Source: Octopus sinensis
Lineage: Eukaryota
Length of the DNA stretch: 64,000 nucleotides
Reading direction: 5' to 3'
Assembly (NCBI RefSeq): GCF_006345805.1
Contig: NW_021835146.1
Location: forward strand, 1 to 64,000
Shown piece by piece: positions 41,911-55,469 of this stretch. The notes beneath the pieces are model-generated. The model was not told the origin of the DNA. It did not search any database and saw only the letters and a program-made list of their open reading frames with translations. Both the position numbers and the translations under genes were made by a program. Every line of letters begins with the position of its first letter. Within the stretch, counting starts at the first letter, position 1.

Positions 41911-41967
41911 GTGATGATGACGATAATGATGATGATGATGATGATGACGACGACGACGATGATAACA

Positions 41968-42038
<71 letters not shown>

Positions 42039-42385
42039 GATGATGATGATGATAGTGTTGATTGTGACGACGACGACGACGAGAAAGAGATGGATTGTGG
42101 CGACAACAACGACGAGGATGACTATACTGGTGGTGGTGGTGGTGGTGGTGTTGATGGTGGTGGTGGTGGTGGTGGTGGTGTTGATGGTGGTGGTGGTGGT
42201 GGTGATGTTGATGGTGGTGGTGGTAGTGGTGGTGGTGGTGGTGGTGGTGGTGGTGGTGGTGGTGGTGGTGGTGGTGGGTGGTGGTGGTGGTGGTGGTGGT
42301 GGTGGTGGTGGTGTTGATGGTGGTGGTGTTGATGGTGGTGGTGTTGGTGGTGGTGGTGGTGGTGGTGGTGGTGGTGGTGGTGGTG
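41459..42385. repeat. ~0.9-kb compound (GAT)/(GGT)/(GAC)n microsatellite
   Basis: Seen directly; source of the 200-360 aa low-complexity ORFs. Confidence 0.95.
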
Positions 42386-42659
42386 TGGCCATGGCGATAG
42401 ATGAGACTAAACCTGAGTATTCTGTAAAAAAAAACCCAGAATCCCTTCTCGCAGCTGGTGTAAGTAAATCACAGACGGCAGCAGCTGTAATTACAGTTTT
42501 AGAATAATAACAGGGACCAGGAGTCCTTCTCATTGCTTCATTAATCCTAGCTTAATTAACGCAGCATGATTAAGCAATTAGTTAAATATTTTATGTCGTT
42601 AACTTAATGTTTCTTATTAACTGCATCATTATGTTTAGCTTGACAGATTTATGGTCGGT

Positions 42660-43310
42660 GAAGCGAACATGGCACCGTGGTTAGGAGTCTTGGTCTTGGA
42701 ACCAACTGGTTTCGGATTCGATCCCGCTCTGCGGCGTTTTGGGTCTGTGTCTTCTATAATCCTGGGCTGACCAATGCTTTGTGAGTAAATCTGGTAGATG
42801 GAAACTGTGTGGAATCCCATCATATGCATGTGTGTTTATGTATGTGTGTATTTGTGTGTGAGTTCAAATTCCGCCGAGGCCGACTTTGCTTTTCATCCTT
42901 TCGGGGTCGATAAATTAAGTACCAGTTACGCACTGGGGTCGATGTAATCGACTTAATCCCTTCCCCCAAATTTCAGGCCTTGTGCCTATAATAGAAAGGA
43001 TTTGTGTGTGTGTGTATCTGTGTCTATGTATGTGTGTTTGTGCGTGTGTATGTGTGTGTGTATCTGTGCGCATGTAACTGTGTGCATGTGTATGTATCTG
43101 TCCGTGTGTATCTGTATGTGTGCGTGTGTGTCTGTGTCTGTGTGTGAATGTATGTGTATCTGTATGTGTGTGTGTGTGTTTGTTTTCGACCCCCACCACC
43201 GTTTGACAACCGGTGTTTGTGTGTTTATGTCCCTGTAACTTAGCGATCAGCAAAATAATAAATATTAGCATGGCTGCAGTCAAATGACTGAAACAAGTAA
43301 TGGAATAAAA
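42660..43310 (+). mobile_element. SINE family A-like copy whose internal TG tract hosts a SINE B body (42860-43000)
   Basis: A-like head 42660-42825, B core, expanded TG tract, then A tail 43180-43310. Confidence 0.75.
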
Positions 43311-43424
43311 GATATCGAGGTCAAGTCCTTCATTGGTCAAGCTTCTTGACCAGAAAATATTTTGGCCTCGCCACTTTGCAAACTACTATGATTCTTAAAC
43401 TTACATTGGGCCGCTGTTCTTCAG

Positions 43425-43925
43425 TTGTGTTGTAAGAAGGTTTCTTCCCAACCACATGATTCCGGGTTCAATCCCACTGCGTGGCACCTTGGGCAAGTGT
43501 CTTCCGCTAAAGCCTAGGGCCGACCAAAGCCTTGTGAGTAGAATCGGTAGGTGCAGGCGTGGCTGTGTGGTAAGAAACTTGCTTCCCAGCCACGTGGTTT
43601 CCGATGCAGTCCCACTACGGGGCACCTTAGGCAAGTCTCTTCTACTATAGTCTTGGGCTGACCAAAACCTCGTGAGTGGATATGGCAGACGGAAATTGAA
43701 AGAAGCCCGTCGTGCATGTTTGTGTGTGTGTGTGTGTGTGTTTGTCCCCTCACCATCGCTTAACAACTGATGCCGGTGTGTCTACGTCTCTGTCACATTA
43801 GCGGTTCAGCAAAAAAGACCAATAAAATTAGTAGTAGGTTTACAAAGAATTAGTCCTGGGGTCGACTCGTTCAACTAAAGGCTCCAGTATGGCCGCCTTC
43901 AAATGACAGAAACAAGTCAAAGAAC
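43425..43925 (+). mobile_element. SINE family A with duplicated head
   Basis: Head 43425-43545 followed by a full copy from 43549. Confidence 0.85.
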
Positions 43926-44037
43926 AAAAAATTAAAAAAACATACTGCATTAATGCAAATAGATCACATGACTCTTGGACAAAGCATTACTCACCAACAC
44001 AATGATTCCGATGTAAAAATTACCATTCTCAGAGGCG

Positions 44038-44073
<36 letters not shown>

Positions 44074-44484
44074 CAGACAGACACAGAGAGAGAGAAGCAG
44101 ACAGAGAGAGAGACAGACAGAGAGAGAGAGAGAGAGAGAAAGGCGGGGAAAGGTGAAAGAGAGGACGGTTTAACAATGGTCCTAAAAAGCTACCAATGCT
44201 AGGGTTGCAGTTTATATTCAAGAATTCACCAACCCTAAAGAAGATCTTCCAATTCCCGGAGGCTGCGAAGATTTAGAAAAAGAAACAGACGGACATATGT
44301 ACTTTCTCAGTTCAATTTCTTTGCGGCTTTTACTTTTTTTTTTAGTATATTTTTGGGTTTTGTTTCGTTCTTACTCAACCGTGTCGGACCGACTTCATAC
44401 GGAGGTTTAAATCCATTAATTAATTAAACAAATAAATAAGAAAGAAACTAAAGCCCAACCGCTTTCTTCTCGTTGTTCTTCTTT

Positions 44485-44568
44485 TCTACCACTACGATCA
44501 CCACCGCCATCATCATCATCATCATCACCACCACCACCACCACCACTATCGTTGGCGTCGTCATCATC

Positions 44569-44601
<33 letters not shown>

Positions 44602-45060
44602 CCACCACCACCACCATTGTCGGCGTCATCACCATCTCACCATCATCCTCATTCCCATCATCATCACCATCATCATCATCATCCCCATCATCATCATCCT
44701 CATCATCACTATCATCATCACCATCCTCACCATCATCATCATCCTCACCATCACCGTCATCATCATCATCATCACCACCACCACCACCACCATCGCCGGC
44801 GTCGCCATCACCATCCTCATCATCCTCATCATCATCATCATTATCATCATCATCATCCTCACCATCACCGTCATCATCATCACCATCATCATCATCATTA
44901 TCATCATCATCATCCTCACCATCACCGTCATCATCATCACCATCATCACCACCACCACTATCGCCGGCGTCGCCATTACCATCATCATCATCATCATCAT
45001 CATCACCACCACCACCACCACAATTGCCGTCGTCGCCATCATCACCATCTTCACCACCCT
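44485..45060. repeat. (CAT)/(CAC)n microsatellite with higher-order repeats
   Basis: CATCCTCACCATCACCGTCATC recurs three times and TCGCCGGCGTCGCCAT twice. Confidence 0.9.
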
Positions 45061-45340
45061 TTTGTTGTTGCTAATGCTTTGCTTGTATGTTCTCCGGTCA
45101 ATAAATAAACAACACAAATCTTCTTTACGTGGATTAACAGAATCCTTTACAGCACTGGACAAAGTGCCTTGTCGTTTTTCTTCCAACTCTCCATGTTCTG
45201 AGTTCAAATTCCACCGAAGTCAATTTTTGCCTTTCAGCCTTTCGGGATCGATAAATTAAGTTCTAGTTGTATACTGGGATTGAACTCACTGACTGGCCCC
45301 TCTCCCCACATCCCAAATTTCAGGCCTTGCGTCATTATTA

Positions 45341-45426
<86 letters not shown>

Positions 45427-45462
45427 ATTATTGTTGTTGTTGTTGTTATTATTATTATTATT

Positions 45463-45660
45463 CTATGTTTGACTTTTGCTTTATGTCTGTACAAGTTGGC
45501 TCCAAGTCTCACCCAGAGACCTCAAGAGACAACAGGTTGGAAGTTCTGTGCCATATATTTGGTTTTTTTTTTTTTGGTGTTGTACTAGTGAATGTCTAAT
45601 ACATAAAAAAAAATAAATAAATAAATGAATAAAAAAAAAGTTTGTTTTAAACCTTGGGAT
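45463..45660 (-). mobile_element. Dong-like family 2, 3' UTR-only copy
   Basis: Reverse complement of 22880-23084, flanked by (TTA)n. Confidence 0.88.
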
Positions 45661-45692
45661 TTATTATTATTATTATTATTATTATATTATTA

Positions 45693-45729
<37 letters not shown>

Positions 45730-45914
45730 TTTGTTGTTATTAAAAGGTCAACTTTGCCATTCATCCTTTCGGGGTCGATTAAATAAGTACCAGCTACACA
45801 TTGGGGTCGATATAATCGACTTAATCACCTCCCCCAAGCTGCATTTTCGGTAAAAATTTTATATCATTATTATTATTATTATCATTATTATTATTATTGT
45901 TATTATTATTATTA

Positions 45915-45945
<31 letters not shown>

Positions 45946-46017
45946 ATTATTATTATTATTATATTATTATATTATTATTATTATTATTATCATTATTACT
46001 ATAATTATTATTATCAT

Positions 46018-46057
<40 letters not shown>

Positions 46058-46358
46058 CATCATCATCATCATCATCATAATTATGAGTATCAGTAGTAGT
46101 AACAGCAGCAGTTGTATCGTTGTTGTTGTTGTTGTTGTTGTTGTTCTTGGTGCTATATTCCCGTTTGCCATTTTACTCGCCTCCTTCTCATATGGATTTC
46201 CAAAAGACAATTCGAACCTTCCCCCCACCCACCCACATCTCTTCACACTCATGCATTATCACTGTTATTACTATAATTATCGTCATCGTCATCATCATCG
46301 TCATCATCACCCTCAATATCAATGGCATCAAGTTTAATGCCATTATTATCATTGACAC

Positions 46359-46395
<37 letters not shown>

Positions 46396-46493
46396 GCCAT
46401 CTTTATCATCATCATCATCGTCGTCGTCATCATCATTATTATCATCATCAATATTGCTAGTATTGTCTTGCAAAAATGTTTTTACGCCACAGA

Positions 46494-46547
<54 letters not shown>

Positions 46548-46550
46548 AAA

Positions 46551-46630
<80 letters not shown>

Positions 46631-46636
46631 GTAGTT

Positions 46637-46694
<58 letters not shown>

Positions 46695-47381
46695 CGGAAT
46701 CATAATCATCACTGCTGCAATGATCCTGATCGTCATAATGTTCCTCCTTGTCTCCTCCTCCTCCTCTTTCTCATCATCATCATCATCATCATCATCACCA
46801 CCACCATCGCCACCACCACCACCATCATCATCATCATCGTCACCGTCATCATCATCATCATCAGCAACAGCAGCAGCAGTAGTAGTAGCGTTGTCGTCAT
46901 CTTTGTCTTCCGTACAGTTCCTGCTGTAGTTATAATTATCATTTTGGTCATATTACACTCTCATATCGAGAGTCATAACCACCACCACTACCACCATCAT
47001 CATCATCATCATCATCATCACCATCACCATCATCATCGTCGTCGTGACCATTTATTAATCAATCATTAGGGATTCAGTTTGTAACAAGCCACCTTTTAAT
47101 TAAGACATCATAAAATATTTGTCAAGCGAATGCTACCAGGAGTACGGAGCGACACGCCGCTAATCTGCATTGAATTCATTTGAAAAACCACCCAACAAAT
47201 GCACTGAACTGTGTTCAAATTCACATTCACCCTCACACCACGCCCCACGAATTCCCTCCCCCCCGCCCCCACTTTCTCTCTTTCCATTTTTCTGTCTTTC
47301 TGTCTTTCTTTCACTCTTTGTTCCTTAATCTCTTCTTCGTCTCCCTCCCTCTCTCTCTCTCCCCTCTCTCTCTCTCTCCTC

Positions 47382-47414
<33 letters not shown>

Positions 47415-47530
47415 GTATCTCGCCACGTTTTTCATGGCCGCTCCCTTTTCAGATTTTCATTATTCTCTGTGTATGCATGTATGAATGTATGTATGTATAC
47501 GTGTATATGAATATAGATATAAATGCATAT

Positions 47531-47578
<48 letters not shown>

Positions 47579-47591
47579 CCATACATACATT

Positions 47592-47637
<46 letters not shown>

Positions 47638-47785
47638 CATGTATGTAAGCATGCATGCCTGTATATATGTATGTATGCGTGCATATGAAGATAAATACAT
47701 ATATACACATAGATATATACATACATTTATATATATACATATACATACATCATACATTTATATATAAACAACATATATATACATA

Positions 47786-47825
<40 letters not shown>

Positions 47826-48092
47826 TATAATATATATAATATATATAATATATATATATACAAAAAATAATAACATAACATATATTATAAATAAATGGTA
47901 TATGTATATATATATACATACATATATTATACATATATTTTTTTAATACATGCATATATATATATGTATATTTATGTGTATGTGTGTATTTCAAAAGATA
48001 ATATATTTTTATGCACAAGGAGGAGATCATTTGACAAGACTCCTTACATGCTAAAAAGGCCAGTTGAAACCCCAAACGAAAAAGAGGATTCA

Positions 48093-48133
<41 letters not shown>

Positions 48134-48147
48134 TAGATAGATATATT

Positions 48148-48179
<32 letters not shown>

Positions 48180-48308
48180 CATACAAATATATATATGTAT
48201 GTATATATACATGCATGAATATATATATATTATAGTCGATTTGTATGACTAAATGCGGTACTCCAGCTTGGCCACAGTCAAATAACTGAAACAAGTAAAA
48301 GGATAAAA

Positions 48309-48357
<49 letters not shown>

Positions 48358-48362
48358 TATAT

Positions 48363-48393
<31 letters not shown>

Positions 48394-48421
48394 CATATAT
48401 ATATATATATATAGGTATATA

Positions 48422-48783
48422 TCAGTGGTTGTGTGGTAAGTAGCTTACTAACCAACCGGGTTCAGTCCTACTGTGGACCACCTTGGGCAAGTGTCTTCTA
48501 CGACCAAAGCCTTGTGAGTGGATTTGGTAGATGGAAACTGAAAGAAGCCCATTGTATGTATATGTGTGTGTGTGTGTGTCCGTGTTGCCCCCCCCCCACT
48601 ATCGCTTGACAACCGATGCTGGTGTGTTTCTGTCCCCTTACCTTAGCGGTTCGGCAAAAGCAACCGATAGAATAAGTACTAGGCCTACAAAGAACAAATC
48701 CTGGGGTCGGTTTGCTCGACTAAAGGCGGTGCTCAAGCATGGCCGCAGTCAAATGACTGAAGTGAAAGAATAAAAGAATAAAA
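48422..48783 (+). mobile_element. SINE family A
   Basis: Homologous to 5028-5438 with small deletions. Confidence 0.88.
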
Positions 48784-49269
48784 TAATATGTATCTATATT
48801 TATATATATAAATCCAGACACACATATACATACACAGATACACACGCACACATACACACGTACATACACACACTCTCTCTCTATCTCACACACATATACA
48901 CATATATACGTCTATACACGCTCAAATACACTTACGCTTTAAAGTATGTAAATGTATGTATGCGATTGTGCGTCACTGTCCACGTGTGTTTAGTTAATTC
49001 GAATCTGCATATATTTAAATATTTCAAGAATAAATATAGATTTTTCCCACGCACTGAATATACAAATCCACCATTTACACCTCCCTGATCAAACATATTA
49101 AACGATGTCTCATCAACATCATTTACATTCACCGGAAGTGGAGAATGACAATCTACTCTGCGTACACAACTTCCGCTTATTTACATTAGTAAAATATAAC
49201 GGCAGTGCTGCATATGCATTTTATATGTATACATGTATATGTATATATACATATATATATGCATGTATG

Positions 49270-49367
<98 letters not shown>

Positions 49368-49761
49368 GGTGTAGGCGTGGCTGTTTGGTAAGTAGCTTGC
49401 TTCCCAAACATATGGTTCCTGGTTCAGTCTCTCTGCGTGGTACCTAGAGCAAGTGTCTTTTATTATAGCCCCGAGTTGACCAAAGCCTTGTGAGTGGATT
49501 TGGTAGACGGAAACTGAAAGAAGCCCGTCGTATACACACACAGACAAACACACATATATATACTTGTGTGTTTGTGTCTGTGTTTGTCCCTTCACCATCG
49601 CTTGACAACCGATCTCGGTGTGTTTACGTTCCTTAACTTAGCGGTTAGTCCTAAGGTACCGATAGAACACGTACCAGGCTTACAAAAAATAAGTGTAGGG
49701 GTCGATTTCTTCGACTAAAAGGCGGTGGTCCAGCATGGCTACGGTAAAAATAACTGAAACA
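49368..49761 (+). mobile_element. SINE family A
   Basis: Homologous to 5028-5438. Confidence 0.88.
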
Positions 49762-50149
49762 GATAGATAGATTCTACTCGCTATGAAGTAGACCGTATTC
49801 TATGCACGCACACACACATACACACACTCAATTATTCATATGGACAAAACATAGTTCCCAGACAAATCTGCATCTTCCATCTATGGCAATAGCAAAAAAA
49901 AGGTAACATGGAAGCCCTCGACTGAGATTCAAAGAAAGCGCAAAAACAAATATAAAGTGGAAAGGAATGGATCATAATAAATGGCAAACTCGAATGAACC
50001 TCCGACCACCACCCCCAGAATGGAAAAAAGTCTATCATATCATGCCGAAGGCATGAACAGTGATAGTCGCGAAGAATGACTGCAGATAACGATACGTGTG
50101 CGTGTATATATATATAGATTATATATATATTATTATATATATATATATA

Positions 50150-50379
50150 TATTTCTTTACTACCCACAAGGGGCTAAACACAGAGGGGACAAACAAGGAC
50201 AGACAAAGGGATTAAGTCGATTCCATCGACCCCAGTGCGTACCTGGTACTTAATTTATCGACCCCGAAAGGATGAAAGGCAAAGTCGACCTCGGCGGAAT
50301 TTGAACTCAGAACGTAACGACAGAAGAAATACGGCTACGCATCTCGCCCGGCGTGCTAACGTTTCTGCCAGCTCGCCGC
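50150..50379 (-). mobile_element. SINE family B, full length
   Basis: Reverse complement of 40918-41148. Confidence 0.9.
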
Positions 50380-50423
<44 letters not shown>

Positions 50424-50586
50424 TATTATATATGGGTGTGGTGTGTGGTGTGTGTGCGTGTGTGTGTGTGTGTGTTTAAAATATTAAGGGTGAAAAATTG
50501 AATATTTATTTGATTAACATCAATTTAAAACCAGTGGTCTAGCATTTTGAAAAGTCTGAAGATTCAGAAAAATTATATTACATACA

Positions 50587-51062
50587 TATAAGAGGGATGA
50601 CCACTAAGGGGACGTCTATTATACTAGAAGTAGACTCCCTATCATTAAAAGGATTGTTCTCAAGAAAATTTAGCAAACGCCAGAACGTAAGCGAGCAAGA
50701 GAAATGAAAAGATACAAAATATACAGATTAATCACAAACCCGATTTCGTTGTTACCACTTACGTAAATATCCGCAATTCATCAGTGTGATCGTCATAGCA
50801 AATATAATTTGCAGAACTATACACGAGATGTCCACATGAGATTGAACATGTATACAGTTCCACCAATTACATTTGGAGTTATCTTTCAAAACGAAACCGG
50901 GTTTCTGATAATCTGTGTATGTTGTATCTTTTCATTTGTCTTGCTCGTTTACGTTCTGGCGTTTGCTGCATTTTTTTGAGAGCAATCCTTTCTTAGTGGT
51001 AAGACCATATGGGGGTCTACTTCTAGCATAATGGATGGCCACTTAGTGGTCATCTCTATATA
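50587..51062. mobile_element. Fold-back Penelope-like relic with ~165-bp imperfect inverted arms
   Basis: 50587-50750 is the reverse complement of 50890-51062, and a hammerhead overlaps the inner end of the left arm. Confidence 0.75.
50731..50790 (-). ncRNA. Type I hammerhead ribozyme
   Basis: AUCACA-CUGAUGA-AUUG...CAAC-GAAA-UCGGG-UU-UGUGAU: perfect 6-bp helix I, complete core, GUU triplet; A.C mismatch at the base of helix II. Confidence 0.7.
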
Positions 51063-51319
51063 TACAGTAGAAATACGTTACGAAAAGAAAATATAAAATA
51101 CACGTGGAAATGTAAGGGTAAAATATGAAAAATCAACGAAAATGTACATTGCAAATAGAAAAAGGCTATTTATGATATGTAACGACAAATATATACGTCT
51201 AGATTGACTGAGGTAGTAATACGAGTCATAAAAGTCATTAATATGAGATGATTATAAGATGATAATAAAGTAAGAGAACAAAACGGACCATGGTTTACGC
51301 AAAGCTATTCATCGTTTCC

Positions 51320-51385
<66 letters not shown>

Positions 51386-51401
51386 GTGTGTGTGTGTGGT
51401 G

Positions 51402-51434
<33 letters not shown>

Positions 51435-51456
51435 ATATATATTATATATATATATC

Positions 51457-51489
<33 letters not shown>

Positions 51490-51798
51490 ATTTCCAAATT
51501 AGGCTGGTAGGGATATAAAATCCTAAATGGTACCGTATTCACTTTTACTGGTTAATAATGCTGGCTAACCTCCATGAGTGTAGAAAAGCTCCAGTTAAGT
51601 TTATTTTACTTTGTGATTTCTTCATAGCGGAACGTTATCCTGAATTCTCATTAGAAACTGAACACCATTCTTTTCTAATGATAATCATTAAAAGTAGAGC
51701 ACAAACTTCTAATACACATGGTGTATCTAGTTTTATTAAGTACCAAGTCTTTATTTTAATTTCAAATCTATTCCCACGAATAATTTAACCTTGATGTA

Positions 51799-52367
51799 CA
51801 GGTTGGTCCAAAAGTCAATGAGGGCATTTAAATTTTAATAACTCCCTTATTTTTACAAATAGGTGTAAGAAATTTTAATTCAATATAGAGGAGATAACGG
51901 AGATGAATATGTTTGAGACCGTTTTCATTATACCTCTGCACTCCATATGAAAAATGACATATTTTAAATGGCGTCCATTTTTAGCTTCATAAATCCGTGT
52001 CCTTTCCAAAATATTTTTCATTACAGATGTAAGGGTTTCAGGATCCAGTTCCCTGATTTCCCTAATAATATTCTGCTTCAGTTGCTGTAGGGTTTCTGGT
52101 TTGTTGACATAAATCTTCTCCTTGAGGTTCCCCCACAAGAAAAAATTAGGCTGGTCAAGTCTGGGAAAAGCGATGGCCAGTTGACATCGCAGTAGCAAGA
52201 GATGATTCTTTCTCCAGAACATTGCCTCAGCAACTCTATTGCCTCTGTAGCAGTATGAGCAGTTGCCCCATCCTTCTAGAACCACATATCGGGCCTGTTT
52301 TCAATGGTCGGGCGCAAAAGAACTCTCGATCATAGCCCTATCCCGCTCACCAGTCCAAGTAACAGCA
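51799..52367 (-). mobile_element. Tc1/mariner DD41D-type transposon relic (3' half of transposase + one TIR)
   Basis: TA|CAGGTTGGTCCAAAAGT terminus. Translation VTWTGERDRAMI...DMWF*KDGATAHT...NWPSLFPDLTS-NFFLWGNLKEKIYVNKP has 41 residues between the 2nd and (mutated) 3rd catalytic positions, with a stop and frameshifts. Confidence 0.88.
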
Positions 52368-52386
52368 TAGATACATAGATAGATAA

Positions 52387-52429
<43 letters not shown>

Positions 52430-52565
52430 ATATATATATATATTATAGATAATATATATACGGTTTAGGCAATTAAGATTCAAATGAGTTCTATTGAATT
52501 CACAAGAATATGGTACTTGACTTGGATGCACCAGAAATCTATACGATAAAGTGGGGTGATTACAA

Positions 52566-52633
52566 ATAGGAAAAAAGCAACAAGAATGGATCAAAATATA
52601 TATTTTGATCCATTCTTGTTGCTTTTTTCCTAT
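52566..52633. repeat. Perfect 68-bp spacerless palindrome
   Basis: ATAGGAAAAAAGCAACAAGAATGGATCAAAATAT|ATATTTTGATCCATTCTTGTTGCTTTTTTCCTAT. Confidence 0.97.
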
Positions 52634-52700
<67 letters not shown>

Positions 52701-52897
52701 CTGAGACAGACATATAGATAGATAGGCAGACAGATAGACATACAAACGTCAATACATTCCTCCATCTGCATCTATAATTATGAATATATGAACGCAATCA
52801 CTCGCAGGCTCGCGTTTACGTACACACACACACAGTAAGCGTACGTACCTTTATACTTACATTCATACAAGCAAATACGGAAACATGTCTTCAAATA

Positions 52898-52977
52898 TAT
52901 ATTTGCATATATGTATATTTGCATATATGTATATTTGCATATATGTATATTTGCATATATGTATATTTGCATATATG
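52898..52977. repeat. 5 x 16-bp tandem repeat TATATTTGCATATATG
   Basis: ATTTGCAT at 52901, 52917, 52933, 52949 and 52965. Confidence 0.95.
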
Positions 52978-53180
52978 AATGAATTAGAAAATCATATTTA
53001 ACACAGAAACTGCAATTCAAATGTGATTAAATAAAAATATTAAAGTAGAGAGTTTATCGGTTTATTTAATTTACAGGTATGTGTGTTCATTATAGGTGTT
53101 TGATGAACGCCGCGAGTTTGGTTTTTTTGTGTGAGAAACCAGTTGGAATACGTACGTACGAACGCACGCACACACACCCA

Positions 53181-53221
<41 letters not shown>

Positions 53222-53576
53222 ACGTGCGCGCGCACTTTGTTTAAATGTAGATCAATGATGGTATCAAATATATTAATGTAAAGAATTTGTCACGAAAAAA
53301 TAGATAATTATATAAAACTGTTTAAATTTAAATTAACAGAAAAGACATTTGTACCGCGATGAATAAAAATATAATTTGTAACCGCGCCTCTCTCTCCCCC
53401 CTCTCTTTCTCTCTCTCTTTATACATACATAAATATATACATAAAAGTATGTGTGTGTATGCATATATGTGTGTGTGTGCGTGTATAAGTATATTTAAAC
53501 ATGTATGTATATAAACATGTATGTATATAAACATGTATGTATACACATGTATGTATCTATGTATGTATATATATGT

Positions 53577-53885
53577 GGAGGCGCAATGGCCCAGTGGTTA
53601 GGGCAGCAGGCTCACGGTCGTAGGATCGTGGTTTCGATTCCCAGAACGGGCGTTGTGAGTGTTTATTGAGCGAAAACACCTAAAGCTCCACGAGGCTCAG
53701 GCAGGAGGTGGTGGAGATCCCTACTGTACTCTTTCACCACACCTTTCTCTCACTCTCTCCTCCTGTTTCTTGAGTAACGCTGCGATGGACTCGCGTCCCG
53801 TCCAGCTGGGGGGAACACATACGCCACAGAAACCGGGAAACCGGGCCCATGAGCCTGGCTGGGCTTGAAAAGGCCACATAAATAA
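53577..53885 (+). mobile_element. SINE family E head with an alternative tail (V-domain-like segment)
   Basis: The first ~190 bp match the 40044-40426 element; the sequence then diverges into CTGCGATGGACTCGCGTCCCGTCCAG... Confidence 0.85.
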
Positions 53886-54138
53886 TAAAAAGATATATGT
53901 ATATGTATATATATGTATATACAGTCCTCTCTTTTTTCTTTGTGAAATGTGTATAGGATGTGTGGGTCCGTCTCCCACGGGCAACCTTCAAATTTTTTTA
54001 TCCAAAAGAGATTTTCCAACCCAATAATTTCATGGTATCATTCATAGCTTTATGTTCTTCGAGGAGCAATTCCACTTCTCTCGAAAGTTTAAAAATTCTA
54101 TTGATCCCAATCTCAAACATACATACATACATATAAAC

Positions 54139-54590
54139 AGGCGTAGCCGTGTGGTAAGAAGCTTGCTTCCCAACCACATGGTTTCGGGTTCTGTCCCACT
54201 GCGTGGCCCCTTAGACAAGTATTTTCTACTAAAGCGTCGGGCCGACCAAAGCCTTGTGAGTGGATCTGATAGACGGAAACTGAAAGAAACCCCTTGTATA
54301 TATATATATATGTGTGTGTGTGTGTATGTGTGTGTGTGTATGTGTGTGTGTGTTGTGTATGTGTGTGTGTCCCCTCTGTGTTTAGCCCCTTGTGGGTAGT
54401 AAAGAAATAGGTATTCCTTCCCACTCGGCTCATTACTTTCTGAGTTCAAATTCCACCGGATTCAACTTTGCCTTTCATCCCTCCCGGGTTCATAAAAATT
54501 AAGCAGAAAAGCAGAAATCATGTATTGGATTCGATGTCCTCGTCTTAACCCCTTCTCTCGAAATTTCTGGCCTTGAGCTAAAATTCGAAA
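54139..54590 (+). mobile_element. Chimera: SINE A head + (TA)(TG)n + SINE B 3' end + degenerate B body
   Basis: A head to 54298; TGTCCCCTCTGTGTTTAGCCCCTTGTGGGTAGTAAAGAAATAGG at 54368-54411. Confidence 0.8.
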
Positions 54591-55170
54591 GAATTAATTA
54601 CCCGGCTTCCATTTTCTGACCGACGACATTCCGATTAAATCTTCGAAAAGAGAAAACCCGGAAAAGCATTAAAAACAAACGATAAAAAATTGTTAACAAA
54701 TTCAAAATAATTTTTAGACATGATGGATCTTGCAAAAAAGGATCAGAGGCAGATTCAATAATTAAGCTGGAATGAATGATTAGGCAAATGTCATTAATAC
54801 ACTTGCTGGTTGTGATGTCATTTAAAAAGGGTCTTTAAATGTGATTAACAAGCGAACCCTAAACGCACAAATATCTCAATTGACTTAGTACTGCATAATT
54901 ATGTTCCTACTTCCGGTCTATCCCCACGCCGTCACGTGCTCTTCTTTTACTCCAGTTTGTTCCTTCTTTCTTTTCTCTCTGTTTCTACCTTATCTTTCAA
55001 AAGAAGAATCTAAAGACCCTTTCTTTCTTTTTTACCTATTTGCTGCTGTCAAACTTATACCAATTGTGTGTTTATTATTGTATCTCGTCTTTGTGTTGTA
55101 CTTTTGCTCAACATGTATATATGTTCGTGTTTGTTTATATGTACGTGTGTGTGTATATATATATATATAT

Positions 55171-55413
55171 AAAATATAAATTAGAGATAAAACCACTATT
55201 ATGCAACTCAAACAGTGATAGACACAAACCAAAACATAAATAACAAATAAAATATATTTTTATAAAACATATAACTTATAACTAGATATCAAAAAGTTTG
55301 AATTGCATAATAGTGGTTTTATCTCTAATTTATATTTTATATATTTATACTTGAAATTTGATTTAATACTAAATGAATTTTTCCCCTAAGTTTGAAGTAT
55401 ACTTCCTAATATT
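55171..55413. mobile_element. Fold-back relic in (TA)n, related to the 7640-8240 element
   Basis: ~42-bp inverted arms at 55171-55212 and 55297-55337. Confidence 0.7.
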
Positions 55414-55437
55414 TATATATATATAAATTATATATAG

Positions 55438-55469
<32 letters not shown>

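Noticed and set aside
42442-42464. Possible 5-nt microexon (CTTCTCGCAG|CTGGT|GTAAGT)
   Set aside because: Such motifs arise by chance in 64 kb, the length is not a multiple of three, and there is no supporting gene context.
41435-42533. Long ORFs (224-360 aa), and all similar poly-[13 protein letters not shown] and YLSI ORFs in the window
   Set aside because: They are stop-free frames of microsatellites, open in several frames on both strands, with no domain content.
53577-53650. tRNA gene (and similar A/B-box heads elsewhere)
   Set aside because: It continues into a SINE body with no proper acceptor stem, so it is a tRNA-derived SINE head.
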